This document shows positions 29,907 through 39,537 of a stretch of 64,000 nt of DNA, piece after piece; position 1 is the first letter of the stretch; each line of letters opens with the position of its first letter. The stretch spans positions 36,949 to 100,948 of the forward strand of contig JAHBXG010000004.1 in the NCBI GenBank assembly GCA_019636565.1, given 5' to 3'. The stretch is from Phycisphaeraceae bacterium. GTDB lineage: Bacteria > Planctomycetota > Phycisphaerae > Phycisphaerales > UBA1924. The position numbers were made by a program, and so were the translations under genes. Below the pieces are notes generated by a model. It searched no databases. It saw only the letters and a program-made list of their open reading frames with translations, and was not told where the DNA came from.

Positions 29907-30611
29907 ATGAATCAGCAGGAAACAAAGGCGGCGGTCCTCACGGGTGCGGGTTCCGGCATCGGCCAGGCAACGGCACGACTGCTGCATGCTTCGGGGTTTA
30001 AGTTGATGCTGGTCGGGCGAAACCAGACCAAACTCGACGCCATCGCTGCCGAGTGCGGCGACGCCCTCACCCGAGCAACTGATATCTCGGACAGTTCCGC
30101 CGTTGAAACCATGGTCGCGGATGCGGCCGCCCGACTGGGTCGAATTGATGTACTTATCAACAACGCAGGGTGGACGCTTCTCAAACCGATCAGCGAGTAC
30201 GCCGCCAGCGAAATCGAGGAGATCTTTCGCCTGAATGCGATCGGTCCGTGCGTGGCTATCGCCCGCGCGCTGCCTCACATGGTCGCCGCGGGCGGCGGGT
30301 GCATTGTCAATGTTGCTTCGATGGCGGTGGTGAATCCATTTCCCGGGCTTTTCGCGTACGCAGCAGCGAAGGCGAGCCTGACTCTCATGGTCAAGTCCGT
30401 GGTGAACGAAGAAGGGCGGAGAGGCGTTCGGGCATTCGCGGTCGCGCCGGGGGCCGTGGAAACTCCGCTGCTGCGAAGCATGTTCGCGGAGAACACTCTG
30501 CCGCGCCGCAGAGCGCTGGCTCCGGAACTCGTCGCGCAGGTGATCATGGACTGCGTGCAAGGAAAGCGCGATTCAGAAAATGGCGGGACCATTCTGATTC
30601 CGAGCCCATAG
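29907..30611 (+). CDS. SDR family oxidoreductase
   Basis: It has TGAGSGIGQATA (TGxxxGxG), NNAG and YAAAK (YxxxK) motifs. ATG 29907 is preceded by GGGAGCAGGAG. Confidence 0.9.
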   Translation: MNQQETKAAVLTGAGSGIGQATARLLHASGFKLMLVGRNQTKLDAIAAECGDALTRATDISDSSAVETMVADAAARLGRIDVLINNAGWTLLKPISEYAASEIEEIFRLNAIGPCVAIARALPHMVAAGGGCIVNVASMAVVNPFPGLFAYAAAKASLTLMVKSVVNEEGRRGVRAFAVAPGAVETPLLRSMFAENTLPRRRALAPELVAQVIMDCVQGKRDSENGGTILIPSP

Positions 30612-30674
30612 AAAAACACCGCCCAAATGGCGGTGTGATGAGAATTTCAGAGTGGCAAGTGCGATCTGCCGCGA

Positions 30675-32525
30675 TCATGCGGGCTTGAACGTGCTCGCGA
30701 CGTGCAAGTCCTTGAGCTGCTGAGGGGTCACGCCCGACGGAGTCTTGGTCATGAGATCCGCACCCGTCTGTGTCTTGGGGAAGGCGATCACGTCGCGGAT
30801 GTTGTCGGTGCCGACGAAGTTCATGATGAGCCGATCAAAGCCGAACGCGATGCCCGCGTGAGGCGGTGCGCCGAATTGCAGGGCTTTGAGCAGGAAGGAA
30901 AACTTTTCCTGCGCCTGCGTGGGGGTCATTCCGAGCAATTGGAAGACCTTCCCCTGCACAGCGCCGTCGTGGATTCGGACGCTGCCGCCGGCGATCTCCT
31001 GGCCGTTCAAGACGATGTCGTATCCGGCGGAAACGATCGACTCGATCGTCACCTCATCGTTCACGTCGGCCTTGACAAAGGCCTCGGCCTGGTCATCGCG
31101 CGGCGCAGTGAACGGATGGTGCATCGCGATCCATTTGCCAGTGTCTTTGTTCTTCTCGAACATCGGGAAATCGATAACGATCAGGAAGTTCCATGGCCCG
31201 CCCTCGGCACCGGGCTTCGGAACCATTCCCATGTCACGGGCGACCTTCTGACGAAGTTCGCCGATCGCCTTCGTCGCGATCGCGTATGTATCGGCGAGGA
31301 AGAACACCGTGTCGCCCGGCTGCATGCCGAGCGCGGCAACCAGTTCCGCCTTGATGGGCTCAACAAACTTGGCGATACCGGTTTCTAACACCCCCTGAGC
31401 GTTCATCTTGACGACGGCAGCGCCACCGGCACCGAATCCCTTAACGAATTCGGTGTAGCCGTCCGTGATCTTTCGGGTAAGCTTTTCCGCCCCACCCGGG
31501 ACACGGAGCGCCTTTACAACCCCCTTGCCGCTATTGAACTTCGGACGATCGGCACCTTTGGCGAGTGCATCTTTGAACACGCCGAAGTCTGCCTTTGCAG
31601 CAACTTCGGAGATGTCTTTGATCTTCAGGTCGTAGCGTGTGTCCGGGCGATCGATGCCGTAGTCCTCCATCGCTTCGCGATAAGGCATCTGCCGGATCGG
31701 CGGCACGTCGTAGCCGGTCATGTCCTTCCACAAGCGGCGGACAAATCCTTCCATCATCTCGATGACGTGCTCGCGACGGACGAAGGACATCTCCAAGTCG
31801 ATCTGCGTGAACTCCGCCTGCCGGTCGGCGCGCGGGTCCTCGTCGCGGAAGCAGCGGCAGATCTGCAGGTAGCGATCTGCTCCCGCCACCATCAGAATCT
31901 GCTTGAACAATTGCGGGCTTTGAGGCAACGCATACCACTCTCCCGGCTGGTGGCGGCTGGGAACCAGGAACTCTCGGGCGCCCTCGGGCGTGCTTTTGTA
32001 CAGAATCGGAGTCTCGATTTCGAGGAATCCGTTCTCGTAAAAGTAATCGCGCGTGACTTTCAGGGCCTTGGCGCGGGTGCCCAGGATGTGCTGCATCTTG
32101 GGTCGACGCAGGTCGATGTACCGATGCTCGAGGCGCAGTTCTTCGTTCGGCAACTTGCCGCCCTGCGGGTTGTCATCCGGCAGGAACGGGGGCGTCTCGG
32201 CCTGGTTCAGAATCTCGAGTTCTTCAACTACAACTTCGATCTTGCCCGTCGCCAGCTTGGCGTTTTCTCCGCCGGTGCGAATACGAACCTTTCCCTTGGC
32301 CGCGACGACATACTCGTGACGCAGCTTGTCCGCCGCCTCAAGAATGGATTTGTGAGAGTCCTCACCATCGAAGACCAATTGGGTTAACCCGAATCGATCC
32401 CGCAGATCGACGAAGACCAGCCCGGTGCCGTGGCCCCGGTACGAATGAACCCAGCCGTTGAGCGTGACGGTCTGACCGACATCAGAATCGCGGAGTTGGC
32501 CGCATGTATGCGAGCGACGGAGCAT
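30675..32525 (-). CDS. aspS: Aspartate--tRNA ligase
   Basis: The start is ATG 32525 (MLRRSHTCGQLRDSDVGQTVTLNGWVH). Class II motifs FRDEDPRADRQAEFTQID and GGSVRIH are present. The C-terminal GIAFGFDRL motif is also present. Confidence 0.95.
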   Translation of the reverse strand: MLRRSHTCGQLRDSDVGQTVTLNGWVHSYRGHGTGLVFVDLRDRFGLTQLVFDGEDSHKSILEAADKLRHEYVVAAKGKVRIRTGGENAKLATGKIEVVVEELEILNQAETPPFLPDDNPQGGKLPNEELRLEHRYIDLRRPKMQHILGTRAKALKVTRDYFYENGFLEIETPILYKSTPEGAREFLVPSRHQPGEWYALPQSPQLFKQILMVAGADRYLQICRCFRDEDPRADRQAEFTQIDLEMSFVRREHVIEMMEGFVRRLWKDMTGYDVPPIRQMPYREAMEDYGIDRPDTRYDLKIKDISEVAAKADFGVFKDALAKGADRPKFNSGKGVVKALRVPGGAEKLTRKITDGYTEFVKGFGAGGAAVVKMNAQGVLETGIAKFVEPIKAELVAALGMQPGDTVFFLADTYAIATKAIGELRQKVARDMGMVPKPGAEGGPWNFLIVIDFPMFEKNKDTGKWIAMHHPFTAPRDDQAEAFVKADVNDEVTIESIVSAGYDIVLNGQEIAGGSVRIHDGAVQGKVFQLLGMTPTQAQEKFSFLLKALQFGAPPHAGIAFGFDRLIMNFVGTDNIRDVIAFPKTQTGADLMTKTPSGVTPQQLKDLHVASTFKPA

Positions 32526-32635
32526 GAGATCCCTTTTCAAAAATGGACGGCGACTATAGGAAAGGCCGATGCCGATGACACGATTGTGGCGAGGTTTGCG
32601 CGCCAATCAGGCGCCCGGGCCGCGTCTAACATGTT

Positions 32636-32712
32636 CTCGGCGATGGAGTCCGCCGCTCGCGCCTGCGAGAAACCGGCGCCCGAGTCGGGCCGACCTGATG
32701 ACTCCTACGAAC
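32636..32712 (+). promoter_or_regulatory. Fluoride riboswitch (crcB RNA motif)
   Basis: The sequence GGCGAUGGAGUCCGCC...AAACCGGCGCC...CCUGAUGACUCCUAC matches the crcB-motif core as I remember it. It has a P1 hairpin GGCG/CGCC with loop AUGGAGUC and a 3' GACUCC able to pair with GGAGUC (pseudoknot). It sits 48 nt upstream of the crcB start. Confidence 0.8.
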
Positions 32713-32759
32713 ACTGGTTGCGGGCCAAGCCCCGCACGCGGTTTGCGTAGGAGTACCTC

Positions 32760-33164
32760 GTGGCTGATCTCGATCTCTTGAAACCCTCGCTCATCTTCAT
32801 CGGAGCCGGTACCGGCGGATTGCTGCGCTACTGGCTTGGTGCCGCGGTCCAGAACTGGTGGGGTCCGACATTCCCGATGGGCACGTTGCTTGTCAACATT
32901 TCGGGCTGCCTGGCCATCGGCTTCTTGGCTGCGGTGTGGAACGGACCGGTGCTGGTTCGCGAAGAAATCCGGATTGCCGTCCTGGTCGGAGTGCTGGGCG
33001 GTTACACCACGTTTTCTTCCTTCGGACGCGAAACGCTCGTCTTGGCCATGGGAGGAGAGTGGTTTCGCGCCGCGGTGTATGTGCTCGCCAGCGTTCTGAT
33101 CAGCCTGCTGGCTGTCTGGGTCGGAATGGTCGCGGCAACCAAGGTCTACGGAGTCGGAGCATGA
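32760..33164 (+). CDS. crcB: Fluoride efflux transporter CrcB
   Basis: 134 aa; GTG 32760 is preceded by TAGGAG. The sequence contains GAGTGGLLRYWLG...MGTLLVNISGCLAIGFL and GYTTFSSF, typical of CrcB. Confidence 0.9.
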   Translation: MADLDLLKPSLIFIGAGTGGLLRYWLGAAVQNWWGPTFPMGTLLVNISGCLAIGFLAAVWNGPVLVREEIRIAVLVGVLGGYTTFSSFGRETLVLAMGGEWFRAAVYVLASVLISLLAVWVGMVAATKVYGVGA

Positions 33165-33535
33165 GCACGCCTCTCGCCCACGGAGTCTTTCATCCTCCGG
33201 CCGGCGCTCAGCGCCTCTCGATCTACATTGGCGAGTCCGATCGCTGGCACGGATCGCCGCTCTACGAGGCGATCGTTCTGAAAGCACGCGAATTGCATAT
33301 CGCGGGCGCGACGGTGCTTCGGGGCCCGATGGGGTTCGGCGCTGATAGCCGCATCCACACAGCCAAGATCCTTCGCCTGAGCGAGGACTTGCCGATCCTG
33401 ATTCAAATCGTCGATTCTGAATCCAACATCACGGTGCTGCTTGGAGAGCTCCAGAAGATGATCTCGGGAGGGCTCGTGACGGTGGAGAATGTCGGAGTCG
33501 CAATTTACAACCCCTCGCTGAGGCCGCAGAGCTGA
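33161..33535 (+). CDS. DUF190 domain protein
   Basis: ATG 33161 overlaps the crcB stop (ATGA). The sequence RLSIYIGESDRWHGSPLYEAIVLKARELHIAGATVLRGPMGFG is typical of DUF190, a family known to co-occur with crcB. Confidence 0.85.
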   Translation: MSTPLAHGVFHPPAGAQRLSIYIGESDRWHGSPLYEAIVLKARELHIAGATVLRGPMGFGADSRIHTAKILRLSEDLPILIQIVDSESNITVLLGELQKMISGGLVTVENVGVAIYNPSLRPQS

Positions 33536-33542
33536 AATGTGC

Positions 33543-34838
33543 TTATTTGGTTCGCCGTATCGCGACGAGTGTCTGATCGTCCGTCGGCGCGCTCCCCGCT
33601 CTGAACTTTGTGACTTCCTCGCGTATTCGTGCCACGCACTCTCCCGCCGAATCAGAACTGTGGCGGATCAGCAGATCATCCAGCCGCGCTTCCCCAAACA
33701 ATTGTCGTGCCCCTTCGCGATCGGGCGGAGTCATCGCTTCCGTGATTCCGTCGGTGTAAAGCAGAAGCAGATCCCCGGGCTGAAAGACCGCGGTCGCTTC
33801 GGGATACGCCTGATCTCCCATGACGCCGAGTGGCAGGCCGCCCGCTTCGTCCAACGAAAGGATCTTTCCATTCCGAAGCAGCCGAGGCGGGTTGTGCCCC
33901 GCAGACGAATAGATAAGTCTGCCGCTGACGGGATCAAGCGTCGCATAGAAAGCAGTGACGAACGAACCGAGCGGTGTGTAGGATTTTGCGAGGTGCGAAT
34001 TCAGATGCGCAAGTACTTCTGCCACCGGCTTCGGCGAGCCCGGACGCGTGTGGGCAATCGCGTGGGTGATCGCCATCAATACCGCGGCAGGCGTGCCGTG
34101 CCCGGAAACGTCGGCGATGAACACGCCCCACTCCTTCTCGCCAATTGGAAAGAAGTCGTAGTAGTCACCTCCGGCGCGTGCGCTGGTCTGGTACCACGCC
34201 GCTAGATCAAAGCCGTCGATTCGCGGCAACTCGTGCGGTAGAAGCGAACGCTGAATCTCTCCCACCGCTTGCAATTCCCGATCCAGTTCGGCGAGCGCCC
34301 CCGCCAACTGATTTCGCAGAACCAAGTTCTGTGTGCCGCGTCCGAAGAGGCTGGCCTGCCAGTGCATCATCGGCAGCATCGACTCATCAAATTCTTCATC
34401 CGGACCCAGAAGCGAGAGCCCGACATTCAGTCCCTTGCCATCTTCATACTGCGGAAGCGCGATAAGCGTTCTGAACCCCTCAAGATAGAACCAGCCCGGG
34501 TCATCCCTTTTCAGCCGCTTGTCGAGATCGGAAATCACGAGCGGTTTGTCGGCATACGCAACTTCGCCCAGGATTCCTCCGCTGAGAACAGGCAGCTTTT
34601 CGCGCTGGGTCCACGGATTGAAGTGTTCAACAAACCTTGAAGATCGCGTAACGACATACTTCGGAGGCTCGACGCCGCGACGTGACAGCGAGGCGTAGTG
34701 CTCCATTGGCCACAACTCGCCGACACCGTCCCAGTAGACCTCCACCATCTGATTCGGGTCGGTAATGCCCGAAACCGATTTCATGGTCTTGTCGATGATC
34801 TCGAGTTCTTCACGCCACGGGCGTCGGCGATGGAGCAT
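33543..34838 (-). CDS. SpoIIE/PP2C-family protein phosphatase with N-terminal sensor (GAF-like) region
   Basis: The start is ATG 34838 (MLHRRRPWREELEI). The PP2C/SpoIIE core is GGDYYDFFPIGEKEWGVFIADVSGHGTPAAVLMA...LLLYTDGITEA. Confidence 0.85.
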   Translation of the reverse strand: MLHRRRPWREELEIIDKTMKSVSGITDPNQMVEVYWDGVGELWPMEHYASLSRRGVEPPKYVVTRSSRFVEHFNPWTQREKLPVLSGGILGEVAYADKPLVISDLDKRLKRDDPGWFYLEGFRTLIALPQYEDGKGLNVGLSLLGPDEEFDESMLPMMHWQASLFGRGTQNLVLRNQLAGALAELDRELQAVGEIQRSLLPHELPRIDGFDLAAWYQTSARAGGDYYDFFPIGEKEWGVFIADVSGHGTPAAVLMAITHAIAHTRPGSPKPVAEVLAHLNSHLAKSYTPLGSFVTAFYATLDPVSGRLIYSSAGHNPPRLLRNGKILSLDEAGGLPLGVMGDQAYPEATAVFQPGDLLLLYTDGITEAMTPPDREGARQLFGEARLDDLLIRHSSDSAGECVARIREEVTKFRAGSAPTDDQTLVAIRRTK

Positions 34839-34875
34839 GGGGGCGATTGTACTGATCGGGCGACCCGCGGCGAAA

Positions 34876-35916
34876 CTATGCCGGTTCGGTGAGCGCCAGC
34901 ATCGCAAACGTCGCGAGCCAGTGCTCGCCCATGTAATCGCCCGTGACATGCGGCAGCGCGGCGTCCAGGTGAATCTGATAGGCGCTCGTTGTCAGCGCTC
35001 GGCGCGGATCAGATTCGGGCAGCGCGGCCGCCATCGCTCGCCAGCACCAGGCGCGGCTCAGATTCAACCCGTCCAAGTGCGTGATCTGGCCGTCGGTCCG
35101 ATCGCTCACGAATGCCGGTGTAAACAGCGTGCGGGGTTCCTGCTCGGAAAGCTTCGGAAGAAAGCGATCAAGCCACGGAACGAATTCTGAAGCAGGCAGC
35201 ACCCGCCGCATGCACTCGACTTCGATGAGGCCGGATGAGAGGAAATCCGAGCCGTCCGGTTCCCACGCCGGATAGTGCACATCGGCCAAATACCACTGAC
35301 GCGCCTTCGAGGTAAGCGCGCCGGTCAATTGCTCGTCCTTGGTGCCACGGGCATAATCCAGGGAGAGCGCCAGCGCGAACGCCGTGTTGTGATGCGTGCC
35401 CACACGAATCGGGTAGGTCGCTTTAGGAAGAAACGTAACAAATCGTTGGGCAAAGGCGTCGGTCAGAGGCGACAGGATTTGGCTCCACCCGTTCAGGCGC
35501 TCCGCAGTGTGTGCGTCAACGCCCGCCGCGATGGGCGAGCGGAGTTCGGCACCGAGTTTGAGTAGCCAAGCCCAGCCATACGGACGTTCAAAGGTCGCCC
35601 GGAGGGGCTGGGAGAGATACTCGGTTTCCTTCGCGACGTTCTCGTCGGTGAATGCCGTATCCAGAATGCGCTTCACCTCTGGAGCCTGGCCCAGCGACGG
35701 ATACAGGCGCAGTGCACGCGTGAGCAACCAATACCCATGCACGCACGAATGCCAATCGAACGAACCGTAGAAGATCGGATGCAGTTCGCGCGGGCTCTTC
35801 ACCTCTGCCGCGCTGTTCATGACGTGATCGAGCTTGTTCGGATACTCCCTCCCGATGTGCGTCAGGACGACAGCTACGAAGTGATCGACGACATCCTCAG
35901 CATGGCGGTAGATCAT
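34876..35916 (-). CDS. DUF2891 domain protein
   Basis: 346 aa starting at ATG 35916. The sequence contains REYPNKLDHVMNSAAEVKSPRELHPIFYGSFDWHSCVHGYWLL, as in DUF2891 (family recalled from memory). Confidence 0.75.
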   Translation of the reverse strand: MIYRHAEDVVDHFVAVVLTHIGREYPNKLDHVMNSAAEVKSPRELHPIFYGSFDWHSCVHGYWLLTRALRLYPSLGQAPEVKRILDTAFTDENVAKETEYLSQPLRATFERPYGWAWLLKLGAELRSPIAAGVDAHTAERLNGWSQILSPLTDAFAQRFVTFLPKATYPIRVGTHHNTAFALALSLDYARGTKDEQLTGALTSKARQWYLADVHYPAWEPDGSDFLSSGLIEVECMRRVLPASEFVPWLDRFLPKLSEQEPRTLFTPAFVSDRTDGQITHLDGLNLSRAWCWRAMAAALPESDPRRALTTSAYQIHLDAALPHVTGDYMGEHWLATFAMLALTEPA

Positions 35917-36159
35917 CGCTGCATGCTAGGAAGTGATCAACAAGTCCCCAGCGGGCTGGCCGATACGCCGATTCCCGCAACGTTGACCCCGACGAGACGG
36001 TTCTTTCGGGTGCCGCAACGGCCTCTCGCAGCCGGGTGAGCCAGTTCGCGCGATAGGTCGGACTGCTCTTTGAATGGCCTAACGCCCGTTGTACACTTGT
36101 GGAGTCAAGTCGGGCACGCCACCTCGGGCGGCGGCGTGTGACGACTCAAGGAGCCAAGC

Positions 36160-36819
36160 ATGAAGAATCAACACGTCATCGTTCCGCTGTGTATTTCGGT
36201 GGTCGGTCTTCTCGCGGCCGTCGGTTCGCTCGCTGCCGGCGATCCGGCCAAGGAAATGAAGCCGGCCGGCCAGCCAGCCGACATGCAACTGCCGCCCGGC
36301 TGGACGCCGGAAGACATGCAGGCGTGTGTGATCGCCGGTACTCCGGGCTCGCAGCACCAGATGCTCGCTTCGGGTGCCGGCACCTGGCAGGGCAAGAACC
36401 AGATGTGGATGGCGCCCGGAATGCCCGCGATGACAAGCGAGAGCGTCGCAACCGTGACACCGATGATGGACGGCCGCTTCACGAAGTGCGAATTCACGGG
36501 CGATATGCCGGGCATGGGGCCCTTTAGCGGCATGGGAATCTATGGCTTTGACAACGTGAGCCAGAAGTTCGTATCGACCTGGATCGACAACCAAGGCACA
36601 GGCATGATGCAGGGGACCGGAGAAGCATCTGCCGATGGCAAGGTCATCACGTGGAAGTACAACTACAACTGCCCGATCACGAAGAAGGCGACCGTTATGA
36701 GAGAGATCGAAACGATCACGGGGCCGAACTCCAAGACGCTCGAAATGTGGGGCATCGATCCCAAGAGCGGGAAGGAATACAAGATGATGTTTATCGAGAT
36801 GAATCGCAAGTCATCCTGA
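36160..36819 (+). CDS. DUF1579 domain secreted protein
   Basis: AAGGAG lies upstream of ATG 36160 and a signal peptide is present. A Met-rich DUF1579-like core is present (GTWQGKNQMWMAPGMP...MDGRFTKCEFTGDMPG...FVSTWIDNQGTGMM). Confidence 0.8.
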   Translation: MKNQHVIVPLCISVVGLLAAVGSLAAGDPAKEMKPAGQPADMQLPPGWTPEDMQACVIAGTPGSQHQMLASGAGTWQGKNQMWMAPGMPAMTSESVATVTPMMDGRFTKCEFTGDMPGMGPFSGMGIYGFDNVSQKFVSTWIDNQGTGMMQGTGEASADGKVITWKYNYNCPITKKATVMREIETITGPNSKTLEMWGIDPKSGKEYKMMFIEMNRKSS

Positions 36820-36861
36820 TCGCACGGCGCTTCGCGAGTGAATCAGCGTGAAATGAAGATC

Positions 36862-36890
36862 AACCCGCGCCTCGGCGCGGGTTTCTTATT
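36862..36890 (+). terminator. Rho-independent terminator after the DUF1579 gene
   Basis: AACCCGCGC-CTCG-GCGCGGGTT forms a 9-bp GC-rich stem and is followed by TCTTATT. It lies 43 nt after the stop at 36819. Confidence 0.65.
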
Positions 36891-37092
36891 GTCACAGTCC
36901 GGATTGACCCTTGCCAGGATCAGCAGCCTAAACGGCGAAAAGGCTACCTGAGGTCTTTCCCGAATCTCTGAATCGGGCCTCCAAAGCCGTTGCGCATCGC
37001 AAGGATGTCTCGGGCACCGCCGCTCGCGCTCCACAATTCTCTGCGATTTCGCCGATATTGTCCCATCGAACGATGAAAGCAAGGGGCAAGGC

Positions 37093-37485
37093 ATGAATAC
37101 AGTCGACCCGATCAATTCTAAAGCCGCCGTCTGGACCGGTCGGGCGATCACTCTTCTCGTGGTGGCGATGCTCACATTCAGCGCCGTCATAAAGTTTGGC
37201 TAGGGCGAGATGGTTACGACCGAATTCACGCGTCTCGGCTATCAGCAGAACATGATTATCGCCTTGGGTGTGACGGAACTCGCGTGTGCGCTGATCTATG
37301 TTGTGCCCCAAACTGCCACCCTCGGTGCGATTCTCCTGACCGGCTATCTGGGTGGCGCGATCGCGACGCATGTGCGTATCGCCGATTCGTTCTGGGGGCC
37401 GGCCGTCGGCGGCATTCTTGTCTGGCTGGGGTTGTTCCTGCGTGAGCCGCGATTGCGGAAGCTCATCCCGCTGCGGTCCACCTGA
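37093..37485 (+). pseudogene. DoxX-like membrane protein interrupted by an in-frame TAG (codon 37)
   Basis: ATG 37093 reads MNTVDPINSKAAVWTGRAITLLVVAMLTFSAVIKFG, then TAG at 37201..37203. The same frame continues as GEMVTTEFTRLGYQQNMIIALGVTELACALIYVVP...YLGGAIATHVRI. The track lists only 37210..37485. Both halves together make one DoxX-like protein of normal length. Confidence 0.7.
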
Positions 37486-37590
37486 CCCCGTGTTGTTTGT
37501 CGAATCGGCTTATCGCCCATCCGCCGTGTAGCCGCGCCGTCCAAGTGTTATTGAGTCTCCGCCAACCAGAAGCGTCGTCCTTCCAGCCGC

Positions 37591-39345
37591 CTACTTGACC
37601 ACGGCCCGCTTGTCGTACATGACCGCTTCGCCCCGATCATTGATGACGTGGCAGATGCCACTGTCGGGCTGCCCGTTCAATCGGATCGTGATCATGTGGT
37701 GCATCCGGATACCGGGATGCTCCGGTACCTCGATGGCCGTATCCGCGAAAATCGGTGCCGCCCAGAACACGCAGTAGATCCCCAGTCCCCATGCCTCATG
37801 CGTCCTCACATGATCCGCAACCTTGTAAGAGGCATACCCGTGCACGCCATCGTGCATCCAGGCTTCCTGGTACGGCGGGTCGTAGGGCATCTCCGACTGA
37901 TAGAAATAAGCCCGCCCACCATCTCCGTTCCAGATGGTCTGGTATTCGTGGCAATGCTCAACGAACAAGCCGTACATCGTCACATCATCTCCGTGCACGA
38001 TCAGGCCGTTCTCGTTGCGATTGATCAGCCACTTCGCACCCTTGCCATGGTCCGCCCGCCAGAGCCAGAGATTGTCGCCAACCACGTCCTGGCTGTAGAT
38101 GGTGACGAGACTCTTCGAAGAGCCGACGATTGCGCCGCCAGCGCGGCAGAACACATCGAACAACATCGTCGGGTCCGTGGCGTGAAAGAGCGAACTGTCC
38201 GGGTCCCCCACCTGAAGCAGCGAAATCGAAGGGATCGAGCCCGCATCGATCAGGATGCCGGCGACCGTGACGCCGTTCACATCTGCGACACTTATCGCGG
38301 CGGACCCATTGACCGGCACCAGCGTCGGGTAGCCCAGTCCAAGCACGACGGTCCCCGGATGAGGCACGCGTATTGGCGCATCCAGGCGGTAAATTCCGGG
38401 TGTGAATAACAAATGCTTGCCATTGCGAAGCGCGGCGTTGATCGTCTCCGCGCTGTCGCGATCCGGTCGAGCGATATGGAAATGCTCGATCGAAATCGAC
38501 GTTCCGCCCGGGCTTTCATTGCTCACGTCTCCAGCCCAGGTGATTCCTCTTGTCTCCGCCCGCAGTGCGGGCACCCTGACGGAATATCTGCCAATTTCAT
38601 CGACGAACAAAAACGGCTTTTCTCGAATTACCGGCGTCCTGTCGATCACCGTATAGGGTCGCTCGGGCCATTCGCCCGCCGGCGGATTTGCGCAGCCTAG
38701 AAAGACCATATTCCAATTGCCACCGATCCATTCGTCCCAGTTGCAATTCCGCGAGAACCACTGCTGCTGCGAGCCTGAAAGCACTTCGCCATCAATCTTG
38801 CTATCCGCAAGAAATCCGCCACTCGACCAGCCGTGATCCGCGAGCAACAGATCGCCCCGGACGTGAACCCGGCGCATCGAGGCGCCCTGCGAGACCGCCC
38901 ACATGTTGGGGATTTCGATCTCAGTCGGTGTGATCGAGAGGTTTTCAACACTCCGCCAGAAATTGCAGGTCGCGTTCCCCTTCATCCACTTGGCATGGGC
39001 GCGAACCGCGCCCGTAATCGACACGTCATCCGGCGAACGACCCAGCCCGGCCACATGCGTGTAGAAGCCTACCTGCATGTCGAGGTTGTACGTACCCGGC
39101 TTGAGAAGCAGCGCATATCGGTCGGAACCGAACTGGTTCTTCTCCTGCCTCGCAAACACCCGATCGACGTGCTTCTGAATGTCGGGTGTCGACGGATCAA
39201 ACACGAGCACATTGGGACCAAAGTCCGGATCCGCGACGGTCGGCCCTTCGATCGGCCTGTCGGTCGCGCTGCAGGCACCAAGTGTCCACCCGAGCACCAC
39301 GAGCAAAATGGAAGAGGCGATTTTTCCGAACGACGGAGGCTTCAT
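37591..39345 (-). CDS. Secreted lipoprotein-like protein, probable beta-helix/carbohydrate-active fold (family not identified)
   Basis: 584 aa starting at ATG 39345, with a signal and lipobox-like N-terminus (ILLVVLGWTLGAC). The composition is protein-like throughout. The functional call is only a guess from FYTHVAGLGRSPDDVSITG...GNATCNFWRSVENL. Confidence 0.75.
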   Translation of the reverse strand: MKPPSFGKIASSILLVVLGWTLGACSATDRPIEGPTVADPDFGPNVLVFDPSTPDIQKHVDRVFARQEKNQFGSDRYALLLKPGTYNLDMQVGFYTHVAGLGRSPDDVSITGAVRAHAKWMKGNATCNFWRSVENLSITPTEIEIPNMWAVSQGASMRRVHVRGDLLLADHGWSSGGFLADSKIDGEVLSGSQQQWFSRNCNWDEWIGGNWNMVFLGCANPPAGEWPERPYTVIDRTPVIREKPFLFVDEIGRYSVRVPALRAETRGITWAGDVSNESPGGTSISIEHFHIARPDRDSAETINAALRNGKHLLFTPGIYRLDAPIRVPHPGTVVLGLGYPTLVPVNGSAAISVADVNGVTVAGILIDAGSIPSISLLQVGDPDSSLFHATDPTMLFDVFCRAGGAIVGSSKSLVTIYSQDVVGDNLWLWRADHGKGAKWLINRNENGLIVHGDDVTMYGLFVEHCHEYQTIWNGDGGRAYFYQSEMPYDPPYQEAWMHDGVHGYASYKVADHVRTHEAWGLGIYCVFWAAPIFADTAIEVPEHPGIRMHHMITIRLNGQPDSGICHVINDRGEAVMYDKRAVVK

Positions 39346-39537
39346 GGGTTGGGCAAGGACTGTTCCCGGCGGGATTCTTCGATCGGACGATCATGAACGC
39401 GGGCACTCTACACGAAATCCTTGCCCGCTGATACTTCGTAAGCAGATTCCAGTCTTGATCGGGCACATCGGCCAAGCCGGCGATGGCAAACCTTGTGAGC
39501 GCCGGCGAGCAATCCCTCCATTCGGTAAACTTGGGCT

